The translations under genes and the position numbers were made by a program. Shown here one piece after another: positions 35,991 to 50,900 of a DNA stretch of 64,000 nt. The notes beneath the pieces are model-generated. The model searched no databases and was not told the origin of the DNA. It saw nothing but the letters and a program-made list of their open reading frames with translations. The stretch's first letter is position 1. Every line of letters begins with the position of its first letter. The stretch lies in NCBI GenBank assembly GCA_900088475.1, contig FLMG01003379.1, positions 18,727-82,726 on the forward strand, written 5' to 3'. This stretch comes from Hyphochytrium catenoides. Lineage: Eukaryota > Protista > Hyphochytriomycota.

Positions 35991-38900
35991 ATGGCGTCAG
36001 AGGACGATTTTGAGGCCAAATTTCCATGCACAAAGTCGACATGGAAGGGAAAGTATGGACGTAGTGCTGTGCAGCGTCTCTCTGCCCTTTCTAACGCTCC
36101 CCCTAATCATCACGTAGGTACTTTCGGCTCTTCGCGATGAGTCGAAACGCTTTTGCCACAATCAAGCCCGAGGACTTCAATATTACCCATGACTGGAAGT
36201 GGTCCCAGCTTCTAGATGTGCAAATTGAACCCCGAGATCCTGAGGTAAGACAAGACGAAGGTCTCTACAATCGCCTCTCACCTCAGGCTCACCGTCTTCC
36301 TGGCTGCATAGGAGTTTACCTTAACCATCTATGACGCATCCAAGGTCACAAAGGAGAAGTTCAGGTCCAAGTATAGATCCTATCTTCTGCCTGAGCTCTT
36401 CCGTCTTCGCCGTCTGAGTGGCCCAACTCAAGGTGCCTTGCCGCCAAACATCCATCCAGCCGTAGTCCCACCCACACTCAACTTCGAGTGCTCCAAGAAA
36501 AATCGAGCAGGCCAGTTGACCCACCTGACCTTGCAGGTACCTAGAGACAAGCGCACCGAACATGTTATGCTCTACTTTCAAACAGGGCTTCAGATCTCAT
36601 TCCTTCTCCCTCTCTGTGATGCTGTCCTACATAACCGTAACATCGTGTAGGTTTCTTTGGAGGCGGTATATGTTATACGGGAAGGCGCAACTCCCAAGCC
36701 CTTGCACTACAATTTCATACAGCGCATCAGATTGCTGAATGACAAGCAGGATGGCATTGTCCTTGACTATTGTGGCCGCGCCCGGCTCATCTATTCTCCA
36801 CAGCGCCAGGAGCTGGTGGCGGCGGTAAAAACGTACGCTCAGAGCTCAGGTATCGAGGTCAACTTTGGAGGCGAGATCAGTGAAGCAGCTATCGATGAGG
36901 AAATCTACCTTTATCACTCACTTATCTCATATGAACATACATACGGTATGCCACCCCAGTCAATCACACTTCTATTTCCGAATCTGGCAATGTCCTTTCG
37001 CGTCTGCTTTCCCATCCTATGTGACGCATGGTCAAGGGGAAGCCAGTTGCCTCTATACATCTACTGTTCCCACTGTTTCAGCCTTCTAGGCACATTGTCT
37101 TAGGGTTCTGCTACTTTCACTAATGGCTGAGATCGGACCCATCCCGCCGCTTGCTGTCGTCTCTCTTTATTTTCGCCTTGGTGAAATAACCCTCTTCTTC
37201 CTGTGCAGCTACGTTCTTGGTGAATAAAAGGACGGAACGCCATCAGGAAGGTGTAGCTCGCAATCTACTGTTCACGTCCAGCCACCTCCTAGAGCGGGAA
37301 ACCACCGCAAGAGAGGACGACTTATCCATTCTAACCGCGAGGCCGTACAAAGCGATATATCTTATCGTACGACACCCAAACGACCCGAACAGGGTGGATA
37401 TAGAATATATGGATGGCTCTCTTTCTACCTTCATATCTCCTGACTGCAGTCAAATTGTCACGCTTTTACTTGGTACGCACTCCTTCGAAGTAGCTCGGCT
37501 CTAGCTTATGGTTGTTGTTGTATACGAAGGACGGGGTCGGCTGTTCAGAATAAGTGATAGAGGCAAGGAGTATATCGGTATCGCACATTGGTGGGACTAT
37601 GGAGCCAACTCTCTATAACCTGTTGCTATCATGTGATGCACAAAGTAGCTACGATCGCTCATTTTCCCTTCCTACTCTTTCATAGACCTTTGCCAGCTGC
37701 TGGGCCTGCGCGACGTTGCGGTGACCTATGATGGAGAGGTAGCTGGAGATCGGGTTCTGCCCCGAGGAGTGCCTGAGGACCACGCGGAGGCGATGCAGAG
37801 TGGGGCGGACACAAGCATTGGCGCATTTTACTTGCGCCGCATTGTATCAGCATCCAAATGGGCAGGAGGAGGTGCAGGGGCTGGGGCAAGCAGAGGCGTG
37901 CTACAGATGATTGATGAGTTCAACGCCAACGTTCCCGCGAGTGGGATTCCTGTGCCTATTACGAGGCGAGAACTCTTGCTTTGCTCATATCTTCAGTTGC
38001 CTATGTCGCTTCAGCAGAGTTGCTGCTTTTTATGGCCCTTTCTGTCCTCCGGCAGTTGTGCCAAATTCTTCTTTTACCTTTTACTTCATGCCAGCCCCGA
38101 CTGTCCCAGAGTTTTAGCTTTCTCTCGCCAAGGATCTCTACCCCCTTTTACCCATCTTGATAGGGACCGCCGGACTAAGTAGTCTCCCTCGCTAACGCTA
38201 CGTTGTCTCCTCTGCCTAGCAGACAACTTCTGAGTGACGCCATCAAACCTCTAGTCGGAAACCTTCATCGCATGTGCCAGACCGACAACCCGCCCCCTAA
38301 GGCGACGATCACACTTCTGCAATGCCTCTACCGCCTCTCGGAAACGCCGGGAGGAGGGAAGGAGATGCTCTCCCCTCCATTGTATAGGTTGATGGTTGAG
38401 TCGTTCTGTCGAATCTTTCGCAGTGTCAAGCAAGACGAGCTAGTTACGCACTGGACTTGCCAGTTATTCCGGAGTTTGTTAAACACTTCAGAAGAAGCGG
38501 GAGGGCCTGACATGGCCACGAAGAGAGCAGTGCTACAGGTAAGGCAGTCCTCAAGCTACTTTGTCATCGTTTCAGATCTTCGTCGTCTTTGATCCCACAG
38601 CCGCATTTTACCATCTCCTTTGCGTACACTACTTCTCTGTTTAAGTCATTTATTATCGGACAGGATGGTTCTATCGCGGCTTCCCTTGCCAAAACAATGA
38701 CTGACAATGGAGAGGATGGAAGAAAGTTCCTAGAAAAGCCTTCTCTCTTGATCAGTGGGCTGCTGCACACTGTCGAGATCCCTCTATGCCTCAACCGCTT
38801 CAATGTAGGAGGTGGTCCAGATAGAGACATCCAGCGAATGTTCCTTACTATTCCTGGTGCAATATACTCGTCACTGCTCTCTCTCGTCCTTAATGCCGTG

Positions 38901-41900
38901 TGTCCTTCTATCATCGAGTCGTCCACAATGCTTCTCAAGACTTTCGTTGAAGAAGGGGATATAGAAGCAGTGAACTCCATTAGAGACTCAGCCCTATCCG
39001 AGGCTGTGGTGCTGAAGCAGTTGTACAGAGCTATCTTTGATGAAACTCACGACGGAAGGTTAGAAGCCGCTAGATCTTCGTGGCTTTATGGCCATTGTTG
39101 CATTCGACTCTTCTCCTCGGACTTAACTCTTGTTGTGTTTGGAGTCCCAATAGCCAATTCAGGCCCATATGATCGTGAGGTTTAAGGGTTTGTCTGCATC
39201 CTGATATGACTAGTAGTCACTTAGTGGTTGCTTCCTCTACTCTTTAATTTGTTGCAGATTTGTCAACCGCTTCCTGTGCTCGCTTTGGATGTCACACCAC
39301 CCACCATCCAAAGCGCTTCTTCGAAGGATTTTCCCAAGTGGCCTCCTTGACGCGCTTTCTAGCCCTCCTCTCTCTCTTGAAGAGATGGCAGCCATGGACA
39401 CTGAAGAGACCAATGGCATGGGGCCTCAACATCAGCACTTGGGCGCCGGAGGTTTGTTGTCATAAATGCTAGCCGTCGGGGCCCTTGCCTTTTCCCTAGG
39501 TCCAATGCAGCTTGAGTCTCTCGTCTCAAATCTTGCTTGTCTGCTCATCAACTGAACTTATTTCTAGTAGCAAAATGAGTTGCGTCAATTTCTCCACATG
39601 GGTTAGCCCCTGCTACCGTAAGATGTCCCTATTAGGACTCATTGTTGGGGCTCATCTTGGTTTAGGCGAGGACAACTATAACGTTGGGAACGGTAGGAGC
39701 CATGGACAAAGCTTGCTACCTCAGCCCTCTACGGACAGCAGAGCTTCTTTCCGCCGTTCCTCGGTAGCATCTTTGCTCAAAATGCGGCTAGAGTCGTCGC
39801 ACTCTATAAGAAGCATCAGTTCCATCAATCTGGTTGGTGGGTCCAGTATTGATTCTGCGCGGACAACAGGTAAGACCTCGGTTAGTGAGAGTGGTTGAAG
39901 TATCAGTAGAGGATTCGTTTGAAGACGATACTATTCCGGCCTCCAAAGTTCAAGCTAAAGAGGCCGAATGGCCTTTCTTTTAGTGGTCGGCACTCTTGAA
40001 GAGGGTTCACATAGCAAGAAGGGGAGGGTGCTTAGCCATGGTCATTTTCTTTCAACTCGACTAACTCCAATGTCCGTCCGAATGCAGCGTCTTCTTCCAG
40101 TTCCGGACGACCGGCAGTCGGTACTGATAAGCAGAATGACCATCAAGCCTTCGTCTCAGCGGTTCACACCTCCAACTCATCGTCACGGCATGAAAACTTT
40201 TTTAAATTTTTCCACATGATTGAGAAGGTTACACATTGAAATCCCTCCTGAAATACTCCCCATGTTTGATAGGCATCTCGAAACCTCTGTCCCGTCTGGA
40301 CTGTCATGGACTACAATATGAAGAAGACCTCCATCGACTTCTGTGCCGACTTTGTCTTGGCTTTCATATGTGTTGGCTTACACCTGTACGTCTACTACCC
40401 AACACGCTCCTATCCCGATTCACAGGACCACCACGAGCCCACTCTAGTATGGAATAGCAAGACACGGGCCAACCTGCTGCACGCATTTGAATCGGAGCTC
40501 TTCGAAGTAGAAAAGGCCCAGAGGGAGGTAGAGGGAGGAATCGCCTGGAACCATGAAGAATTCAGAGTGGAGTATCGATGCCTTGACGAGTATATCAAGG
40601 TAAATACGTCTTCTTTACGGCAATTTGCCGTGACAACCGCTCCCTAAAAAAATTTCCCGTCCAAGTGGATCCGTGATCTCTTGTGTAGTCTCCTTCCATT
40701 TCTAAGGTTGCCTCGTGCTTCTCACTGCAGGTCGGAAATATTTATCCTGAAGTACTTCTGCTGCTATTGGAAGGAGAGCGGGAGACAGCCAGGGACAAAA
40801 TCTTGCAGATTGTGCGGGATCCGGGAGGCTTTATGCTCCAGCTATATCAGCACTTCCTTGAAGGTAAACTATCAAGCAGCAGCCCTACTTGAAATTAGCT
40901 GAGACATCGGAGTGTCTCGCACATTTCTTGACTATTTTCCTTGTTTGCCCTCAAGGAGTTATATATTTTCTGGTGTCCCACCAGTAGTATTCCTGAGCGT
41001 GCTTGGATGATGTAGCATACGACTTTAGAGCCCTCCTCTCTCCTTCGCTCCCCGAGCTCATTACTCTTGCCTTTAACAGGCTATGCGAAAGCGGAAGTCG
41101 ATGGTGTCATCTCGACAACCGTTCTTTGCCTTCGATGTTTAAAAGAAGTGTACACTCTTTGTCATGAAAGGGTTGGGGTGTTCCCAGCAACACCAAAGCT
41201 TGTTAGGGTCCTTAAAGAGACCTGGCAGGTTCCAATTTTTCGGACGGTGCTAGATCTGATCTGCGTTCTAGTTGCCAAGAACAGAGAGAATGCTGAGAGC
41301 TTACTTTCAAGGTAAAGACGCAGTGCTGAAGAGTGGAAGACAGAGGTCCAAGTATAGTGGAGCAGAAGCAATCTTGCTCCTCCTTTTCCTTCGCTTGCTG
41401 CATTAAGGTTCATTTTTTCCTCAGGTCGACTCTTGAGTTCCTGGTCTCTCTCCTAAACAACGTCCACGCTGCGAAAATTGAGGACGCGTGCTTCGGTATA
41501 GGTCCTGACCAACGGTAAGGAATGACTAGAGCTCCTAAGTGACGGTCAGGAGTGCGATTGGAAGACAGTTTTGGAGCAGGGTAGTGCAGACGACGGCGGT
41601 TATTGACTCCAATGATGAGTCAGGACGGAATGAAGTAAGGGCGACGGATCTTCAAGCCTAACTAACCCTTGTATAGGTTTAAGGCGGCTTCCCTTACCCC
41701 TCGTTTGGCCGACCATTTAGGGGAATGGTTCTACAAGCTGCCGTTGGCAGACGGCACGTACAACGGCGATACCGGTAGGTACTCGGCCACTTGCTGTCCT
41801 ACTCCTCTGGAGGCATGGGCCTGCTATGAGGATAGCCTATATTCTTTTTGTTGTTTCGAAAGTTCCTCAGGGCAGCTCTAATAGACTTTGTTCCTCCACA

Positions 41901-44900
41901 CAGCTGAGGGGCCTGTCACAGTTGAGGAGCTCAAACAGCTACTAGAACAAGGAGTCATTGGCACGTCGAGTCCCGTTCGACCTGCTTCTACCTCTTCATC
42001 TTCATCTTCAGTCTCTCCAATGGCATCGTGGCTTCCACTTCGTGAATGTCCGCACCTGCGATGGCGTCTTCTTCTCATGAACGGAGAGCTAGACCACATC
42101 CGAGTAGGCCATTCATGTTTGGCCATTCTGCGCACGTTACTAGGACTGCATGGGAGCCTGCTGCGCAATGGTCGACCAGTGCGACCTCTCCCCTTGGCCC
42201 AACGAACCTTGTCTAGACCGGACTTGTTGAAGTCAATAGCCAGGGTGAGCCTCGCAATGTTCCACGGCTAACCTGTCACAGTCGGCTATCCCATTCTGCT
42301 TCTCTGTGGTTGCCTATTGATATAATTTTCGATCGTGTGATGAAACATCCTAATGTGGGCCTCCATCTGACTGTAGAGATTGGGCAATACCTCATATCTC
42401 CCTACCCGTGTACCTGCATATTCTCAAGCGCTCTGATCTACGTTGTCCCACCCTCCTTTCTGCCCGTTACCGATTGACTCCCTGCGGTTGTTTGGTTTTA
42501 GGCTTTACTTTGCATTGACGATGAAGTAGTGGAGCAGACAGCAGAGCTTCTAGTCAGCCTTTTAGATGAGAACGAGAGCGCGATATACCGTTTCTACGAG
42601 ACTGGCGCTCTTTATTTCCTGCTACTCTACACCGGAAAGAACTTCTTACCACTAGCTCGTCTGCTGGAGAAGACTCATCTCAAGCAAAAGAGCCTGGGCA
42701 ATGTAATTGCCTATGATACAGACAACGGAGCCGTAGATCTGGGGAGCTTAGCCCATAACGGTAAAAGTCAGAAGGCGTGCCTTTGTACTAGTATGCTAAG
42801 TCGTTTGCTTCCTACGGGTATAGATGGTCTTCCTAGTGAAGCGAAGCAAATATGGAGGCAGAGCGCTTTGTCGAAAATGTTGCCTGAAGCCTTGGTGATT
42901 GGTAAGCTACACGATATCGAAGTTGCGCTTCCCGGGCAGGAACCCTTTGCACCAGATCACTTCTCAGCTTTGGTTCCTCTTTGTCTTCACAACTTTGGCT
43001 TCACATACGCTACTCCTTCAACCTTGACGTGTGTTCCTTGCGGTCATACTTCTACTGATCGTTATAATCTTACGCCGCGTAGCACTGATAACCCGAGGAC
43101 CGGAGCATTTTACTCAGCTCTTTATCTCGGAGGTCAACAGCCCTGAAGTAATATGGCTACGAAGCATGAGAGAGACCCTTATCGCCATGCTGATGGAACA
43201 TTTGGGAGACTTTCCAGCGAGGATCAGACAGAACACGGAGCTACAATACGATTTCGTGCCCATTGCGCCGATTGTCTACGAGGTATAGTCGTCGTTTGGC
43301 CCCTGTTCCCCTCATCTTGTTCTTGGTTGGTCCATATGTCGCGATTAACGCTCTACATCTTGGCTGTATGCTTTTTAAATCCCCCATGCGCTACGGTCCG
43401 CGTTTTATCTTTGGTGCGGCAGGAGTTGCGCGAGGAGTTCTACTGCTGCAACTACTACCTTAAGAACCTCTGCAATGATTCGCTATTTCCGGACTGGACT
43501 ATTGAGGACCCCTTGAAGTTGATGAGATCGCTATACTTGGCTTGGAGGTTTGAGGAGGACAAGGTGGAAGTCGAGGTAAGCAATAATAACCTCTTTGTTA
43601 GCGCCAAACATCTCCGTCGGCCGATGTGGATCCTCTGCGGATGGACGTATTCGTTATCAACCCTGGCCATAACATTCTTTAATCGTCTAGTCAACTACTC
43701 ATCACCTCACGTGCTTTACAGATTAACGTGGATGACGCAATCCAAACTCTGGCGCTGCCGTCGAAGAAAGACCTCACGCCCGAGGCTGTTCGGACTGCAT
43801 ATCGAAGGCTTGCACGAATGTACTTAATTTACCCTTTGCTTGGCCTTTGTCTTTGGCTAATTAGTTGAAAGTTTGGATTCCCGTCATCCTCATGCATCTT
43901 ATCCTGATCCGTTCCCCTTCCCCGTTTGCTGCTCTCTAGACTGCATCTGGTCTTACTCTGTCCTTGCTCCTCCTCGATCGGCAGCTGCTATTCCATGCCA
44001 GAAGTCGAGCAAAAATCTCTCACTTTCCGGCGCATTGATAGCGCCTACCAAGCTCTGGCGCTGGCGAGAAACAAACTGAAGACAAGCGGCACGGATCCAG
44101 TGCACATATCTCTTATCCTAAAAGCGCAGATATTGGTGTGCAAGAGACATAGCCAGGATCTGAAGATGCTAAGATACGACGGCTTTTCTCTTCTAATGCC
44201 GCTCATTACAGTTCGGGTATGCAGTAGCTAAGATTATCACCTTGGAAGGGACCAATTAGGGGAGGCGGTATGAGAACGGCATGGCGAGATCTCTCCCGCC
44301 GATAACACCTCGCAAACATTCTTATTATTGTTGACTGGACTCAGCTAGGACCAGTCAGCGGAATTACCCTTATCAGCAAACAGTGCTTACGAGCCTTGCA
44401 TTTTGCAGGATGAAGAGAAAGAGACGGGTGTCATACCACCAATGCGCCTCGAACAGTTCTGTCTGGGTGCGGACTTGGCGTACAGTATCTGTGTGGCGTC
44501 AGTCAGCAATGCTATAGAACTACTCAGAGTGAATGGTATGTCATCAGCTGCATTACTGTGCATCCTTACATCTCCAGCTTTGTGGGCATTATATAGTATT
44601 GTTAAATTGAGGCCCCAACCGTTGCAGGCAATGGGGGAGAAGGGCGAAATCCTCTCTTATATGTATTTAACTATCTCTCGTCTCTATCGGATTGCTATTT
44701 TGAATTGAACGACCAAATGCAGGTGTTCAGGCCTTGGACGGCTTGTTAAGCTTCTGCTTAAAGCTGATGAAGCCTGCTTATGACCCACTTTTGAGGGACA
44801 GAGGCCCGCCACCCACCCCTCCTTCCCATCCAATCATGAAAGCAGCCATCAATGTAATGCATACAATATCGGGTCTAGCAGCCTTGCAAGAAGGCCGAAG

Positions 44901-47900
44901 GACAATGCAATTGGTGAGTCTAACCTCGATTAACACACCCTCTGAGCCCCCCATCGCAAATGCTAGATCAGCAATCCTTTTTTTAGTTCTTAGCATAATT
45001 GATACTTAAGTGACTTCGTGCTCGCTCATTCGTTGTCACCCCTATGGTGCAAGCATCGTCTCTGTTCGCTATTTTTTAAATTCTGAACAGCCCCTTCTCG
45101 TTATGTCACCGGCAGGAGACGGACCTAGCTATGGATGTGTGCAACGCTCTTCTTTTTTATCAGAGTGCGGAGCTTATGCAATATGTATTGGATGCCATTA
45201 GTCGCATGGCGCAGAGTGAGGAGCTCCAGGATGCCCTTCTGAGGGCTGGTGTGATGTGGTACCTGGTGTGGCTCTGTTTCAGGTAATCAAAAGGCGTAGA
45301 AGAGAAGCGACAGGGAATGTGCCATGGATGTCCATGAGTGTCAGGATGGAAAGCAAAGTCATAGAAGTGTATGTGCTAGGGAAAGGCTGCTTGTTGAACT
45401 GGCTAGTCGTACAGATAGAAAGGGAGATGTACGGAACAAATAGCATGCAGCGGAAGTGCCCGCGATTTTGACCTTGAGCGTGAGACTAGCAGCAACCTTC
45501 GTTGATTATAGGCTCACTACTTGCTCTTCTTTACTTACCTCGTCTCTCAGATTTGAGAAGGGGGTCTATGTGGACATTCAAACACAGTCTTTGAACACTG
45601 TCGAGGGTAAGCAAGCCAATTACTGCGCTAAGTGCCGGCTTCAGGGCCTCTTATTCCGTGATCTTGATCTAACTCTGATGTGATGGTAGCCAACTCTCCG
45701 GAAGCCATCAATGTAGCGGCGCACTTAGCCGTGCGTGCGTTAGCTCGTATTGGAGGGTACCTGAAGAATGAATACGCTTCACCGGTTAACGAAGACGTGC
45801 AGCTTACTCTCGCTGCCCTGTTTACCCCTATGATTTCGTCCAAGTAAGCTCTTTACGTTTCAACTTCCTTTGGAAGACTGATCAGTACACGAATTGGGAC
45901 TCGCAGGCTTTCCAACCCCAATGCGGAAGTGTTTTTGGAGACGTTTCACAAAGACTCGCAAACTCCTTTAGTCATCTGGAACGAAGGTAGGGTGAAGACC
46001 GATTTTGTGAATTGGCAGACAATGAAGGGGTAGCCTACATGAGGATATATCGGGGAACGGCAGCTCAAGATTGCAAGCTACCTAGCGGCATACGGATTAA
46101 GCCTTCGCCAGATAAAGCACCATAGGGATGGACTTTATTATGACATGGAGTGGGGAGCTGGAATATGTTTGATCTGATGATGTAGTGAATCAGACAGAGA
46201 GAAGCTCTCTATAACGAACTTCCTTCTCCACAGCGATGCGAAGTGAGCTAAAGCGCCTGATCATGAAGCAGCTGCGTCGCTTTCGCAAAGGAAAACCCTA
46301 CAATCCTCAGAAAGGATTGCAGCAGCGCTATCAGCAGCTCAAGAATATGCCAGCTGTGGGCGGCGTATTCCTCTATGTGTATGATATGAACCCAAAGGTA
46401 GTGGAAATGGCCACCTAATGCTCATAGAGGAAGAATGGCTTGAAGCAGTTTCAAGAGCCGTGTTGCTACTTGGCTCATTACCTCTCATATGCCTGCTTCG
46501 GCCAGTGATATTACTTTCATTCTGGTCTAATTACCTCTCATTTCTTCCCCATTCCTTCCCTCGTAAGTTTCCTCTCGAGGAACCGATCCCTCAGCAGTTC
46601 ACCTTGGCCTTGTTGAAGTACATTGCCAACGACTGTGAGAATCCCGATGAGGAGATTTCTCCCCCGTATGCAGGATGGGCTGTTATGGAACCCGCCTACA
46701 AACCTGGTAGCTATCTGGCATTTGTTAAACGTTCACTTGTCGAGCTAATTTGGGATTGTCACACGTTCACTTATTACTTCCTCCCACCTCAATCTGTCTC
46801 TTACATCTCTTTCTCAGCCAATCAGTAACTAATCTTCTCACTTTTTCATTTATCTGTATCGAGCCTCCTACCGAACTGCCGAACGGCTTTCATTAGTCCT
46901 AAAGGGCATAAATTTCTATTAACCATGCTAATCACGGTTTCCTCATCCTCTAGCAAACCTTCGGCTAGCATTGAAATGTCTAGCGCATGTGGTCACGCAA
47001 TACACATCAGTCGTCTTGGACAGCATTGTGCTCGCAGAAGATGACGGTATTCCTTGCTTACTGGAGTTTCTGTTGCCACCAGGAGATGATGGACTGTGTA
47101 TACCTCCAAAGGTAGGACAGAGGCAGATGACTTCCAATACACGTTACCTCCTAGTGAATGCCTTTGTCGGCTAGGTACCACTTACTTGAGATCTCTTGTT
47201 TTTACGTAAACAGGGGCTTCTCCTGTTGCTCTTGCTCTCATTCCGGGAACCTGACTATCCGGGTTTTCGTGCACCATTTAACTGACTCCGACGTTTTTGC
47301 CTCTGTCCAGGCCACGATGGACTATGCGAAGCGTAGAGAATGCGTTCTCTTAGTTTTGGAGGCTATTAGTCACAATGAAATGATCGCTGATTCCGTGGGC
47401 AAGTCTGGGCAGCTTTGGAAGTTCCTTCGATTGGCTCATCGCCTCGACGAAAGCGGAGTAAAGGCCTTGAATATCCTTGCAGGTAAAGTGAACAGGTGTA
47501 GAAGCTGCCCAGGCACATATCTAGCAGTTACTCGTTATCTTGGTGTCTATTTGTCCTGTGTGTCTTGCTAACTGGTCCACATCCTTCGTCATATTACAAG
47601 CTGGCGACGGACGACTCCGATGGTAATATCATAATCTCTTGTCGTAGGCCTCTGCTGTGCAACGTCAGTTGTTGAATGCCTGGCGACGACGGGACTGATT
47701 GTCGACTTAGTCTGCCTGGTAGTTGAGGTAAGAGCTTAAAATTGCCGTGTTGGCTTGCGCTTCCCATGAACTCCTTAATGCCACTCTCTTCACTAAACAA
47801 TACGTAGCGTGGCCCCTGGCTTCATCTCGGTTTTTCGCAGTGCATCCGTTGCCCATGGAGCTAGAACCTTTGAAACTCTCCTTCTGGGGTATCACCGTAC

Positions 47901-50900
47901 GCAAGACTACATTTCTTTCTTGGCTAACTTCAGACTATCGCTGCTCTATCTGCCAATCTCTCAACCACCAGGTGGAGGAGTACATGAGTGAAGAAGAATA
48001 CACTGCAGCAGAATCTCTTCGCCGCCCAGCAGCCATCGCACTGTCCCGAGCTGCTAAGGACCCTGTGTGTGGCAACAACGTAAACATGCTACTGGGGAGA
48101 ATCTTCCCTGCGCCAATGCTCAAGATTCTACTTACCGATCCACCAGCTTTGGTGGACACCTTTGAGGTGTGACTTGTACCTTGTCTCCTTGCTGTTTGCC
48201 TCTATTGACTCCATGCTACATAACTTTCGAGATCCCACCCAGCCTTTACCTTCCCTTTCTAGGTTGCAACGAACATTCTTGTCATACAAAGCTGTATCAC
48301 TTCTGTCCTTCATCTCGTGAATCTTGTATCCTGTGCTCAAAGTCTGTTAATGCTTTGCTTGCACACAAACGTTTGGCACTTGCTGTCTCTGTTTGCCCTG
48401 TGGTTTAGCGGCTATCCTTACTCAATCTTCCATAATATAGGGAACCAGTGACACTCCTGAGCTCGTGTGGAACTATGACATCCGCGTTTCGTTGCGAGAT
48501 AGTTTGTACCCAATCTTCGAGGCCTATCAGCGTCACCCTGTAGGAACGCCATTTTTCCTTCCGGAACACTTTGTTATCTCGTATCCTCCAGTACCTGGAG
48601 ATGTCCTCATCGGTCAAGTCTATGTCAAGAAATTCCTGGCGGACCCAATGTTTGCTCTGAGTAATACTAGGTACGAACTGGGACACAACCGAGGGCCATC
48701 TGGCAGTAAGAAGACGGTCAATGGTTTATTGTTTGTGCAGCTCTTCTGTAGCTTGTCATTGAACCATAGTCAACATGGGTGATGTCTTCATGAACATATG
48801 CCTTGTGCTTGAAAGTCTAACACTGACCCTCTGTCCTTGGGGTTAGATTTTTCCTTGCGTCCCTTTTCGATGCATTCAATACGGAGGTCAATGTACGAAC
48901 TGCTGAGGGGCAGCGACGGGGTGTTTATGAGGACCCACGACTAATTCAAGGGGGTGAGGACATCCTCCAGCTCGTCACAGCAGCGATTGTTTTCCTCCTT
49001 CGATTATATTCAGAGTACTTTGACCAGGTAGGACTACATGTGGCTCTCGTGACGGGATTACGCTCACTTTGTTGGCTGTACCATCTAACCTAACCTTCCT
49101 TACGTCGTACAACACAAAGATTATCCAATGGGGTTTTCCTCTAGAGGTTGTATCCTACCTGCAAAACGCTAACAGCCGTGGGGCGACACCGCTTGCGCTT
49201 ACCAGCTGTCTGCGGCTCCTTCAAGCATTCTCTGGGTAAGCTAAAACATCGCTGCCGCAAGCTTATGGAACGGTAAAAGGCTGAAAAGCTGGAGAGATAT
49301 TGAGCAGCCAAGCGGAACTGGTTGAGGAAGATAATAGAAAGGGAGAAGAGGTTATGAATGCAACACCTACGTGCCCGCAAAAATAAACAAAAGAACGGCG
49401 TGACAGCATCAGGATAGAACATCCTTATCTCTAACCCGCTCCTGCCAGCTCTCGACGATGTATCCAGACGATCGCGTCCCCGAACCTCCTGTTATCGCTT
49501 AAGGTGATATGTAGCGGTGCTCAGCAGAAAGATCTCGGTAGGTTCATGGTCGAGCTCCGCTTCCTATCGTCTTTCTATTTCCATGTCTTGTTAGCGATTC
49601 CGGTTCTACTTTGTAAAGTTCAATTCCGTGCTTTCAGTGAAGCCTGCTTCCCTGATGCTTCCTCTGCTGCTGCAGGCCTGATAGCCGAATTGATTCGCAA
49701 GGTGATTCAGTGCTGGCCTGAAAGCGATGATAGGACCATACCAAGAAATCAGGTAGGGAACCTTCTCAACAAATATCTGATTGACCCTTGTTAGATTCTA
49801 TGCTTAACACTGTTTAAGTAGCAGTCTAACATGCGTCTTTCCAAAGCCCAGCGGTGTAGTTGCTGCCTGCCTGCGGATAGACCTTATTCCTTTTCTCCTT
49901 TCTTGTTTGGATGATCCCGCCACCCTGCAAGGTGCTCTAAGTCCTGACTCAGCACGGCTGAACCTCATTGAGGCGATCTCTATCCTTGAGGCAGACACCA
50001 GGAACTTCGCATTTGTTAATGGTAAGCATGAGAAATCAAGTGAATCGAGCTTAGAGATAGAATTTAGTGACTGAGTACTAATGTTTCTGGTGTCCGCCTT
50101 GTCTGATACCACATGACTCTTATAGAGGTGTTGAAGAAGCACAAATCGTGGGGCAGGAAGTGGAAGGTCCAGAGGTATTATTGAGGAGGGAGAGCCATAT
50201 CAGCTAACTTAGACACTACTACCGGGATTCCTCCTGTGCTCATATTTTCCTAAAATGTTCACTAGAGAAACTAGTTCTTTGATGGCCTTCTCTTTTGCGT
50301 GCTGTCGGCCGCGTTGTCCCATCTCGCTCTGTGGTAATCGACTGCACAAGCCTTACCGACACGTTGCTTAGATATTCGCGCCCTCTTTTCTCTATGTCTA
50401 ACCGCCTGTCTCTGTCCCACTCAGAGCAAGTAACGTTCACATGCTTGATCTGGACCAAAGTGACGTTTACATGGTTGGACCCGCCAAAACTGGGGCGGCC
50501 ATCGTGCATCGTTTCATGGTAAGACTTTCCTTTGCTCGCCATTCGCATAGAATGGGCGCTTGGGCTCACCTCGCTCTCCTTGCTCACTCTTTTTATTCAC
50601 AGGCCAGTCAACCTAGACCGGTTGCAGTAGCAGAGTCAGGTTAGTCCAAGTCTGTGCTCCTTTGCTTTTAAGCTGTTCGTATCCGCCTGTCTGGAGTTAT
50701 GCTTCATTCGGTCGCGTTAAGTTCCGATGAGTAGCCTAAGACCTAACGTCATTTGAGCTAAGGGATTTTGCTTGCCTCCTGTCGCCCTCCAGCAAGCATT
50801 GTAGGTGTCGGATATCGTCCTAGTGAGAGTGCCTCCTTCGCAGGCGTTGCCAACAGAAGTATCGTGGGCGTAACTCCCCGGACGTCGCCAGCTCCCTCCT

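Noticed and set aside
43870-43915. HPHASYPDP frame inside the RME-8 J-domain intron as a hidden HPD exon
   Set aside because: It does not encode HPD, the splice sites are weak, and the flanking exons already join in frame at about canonical loop length.
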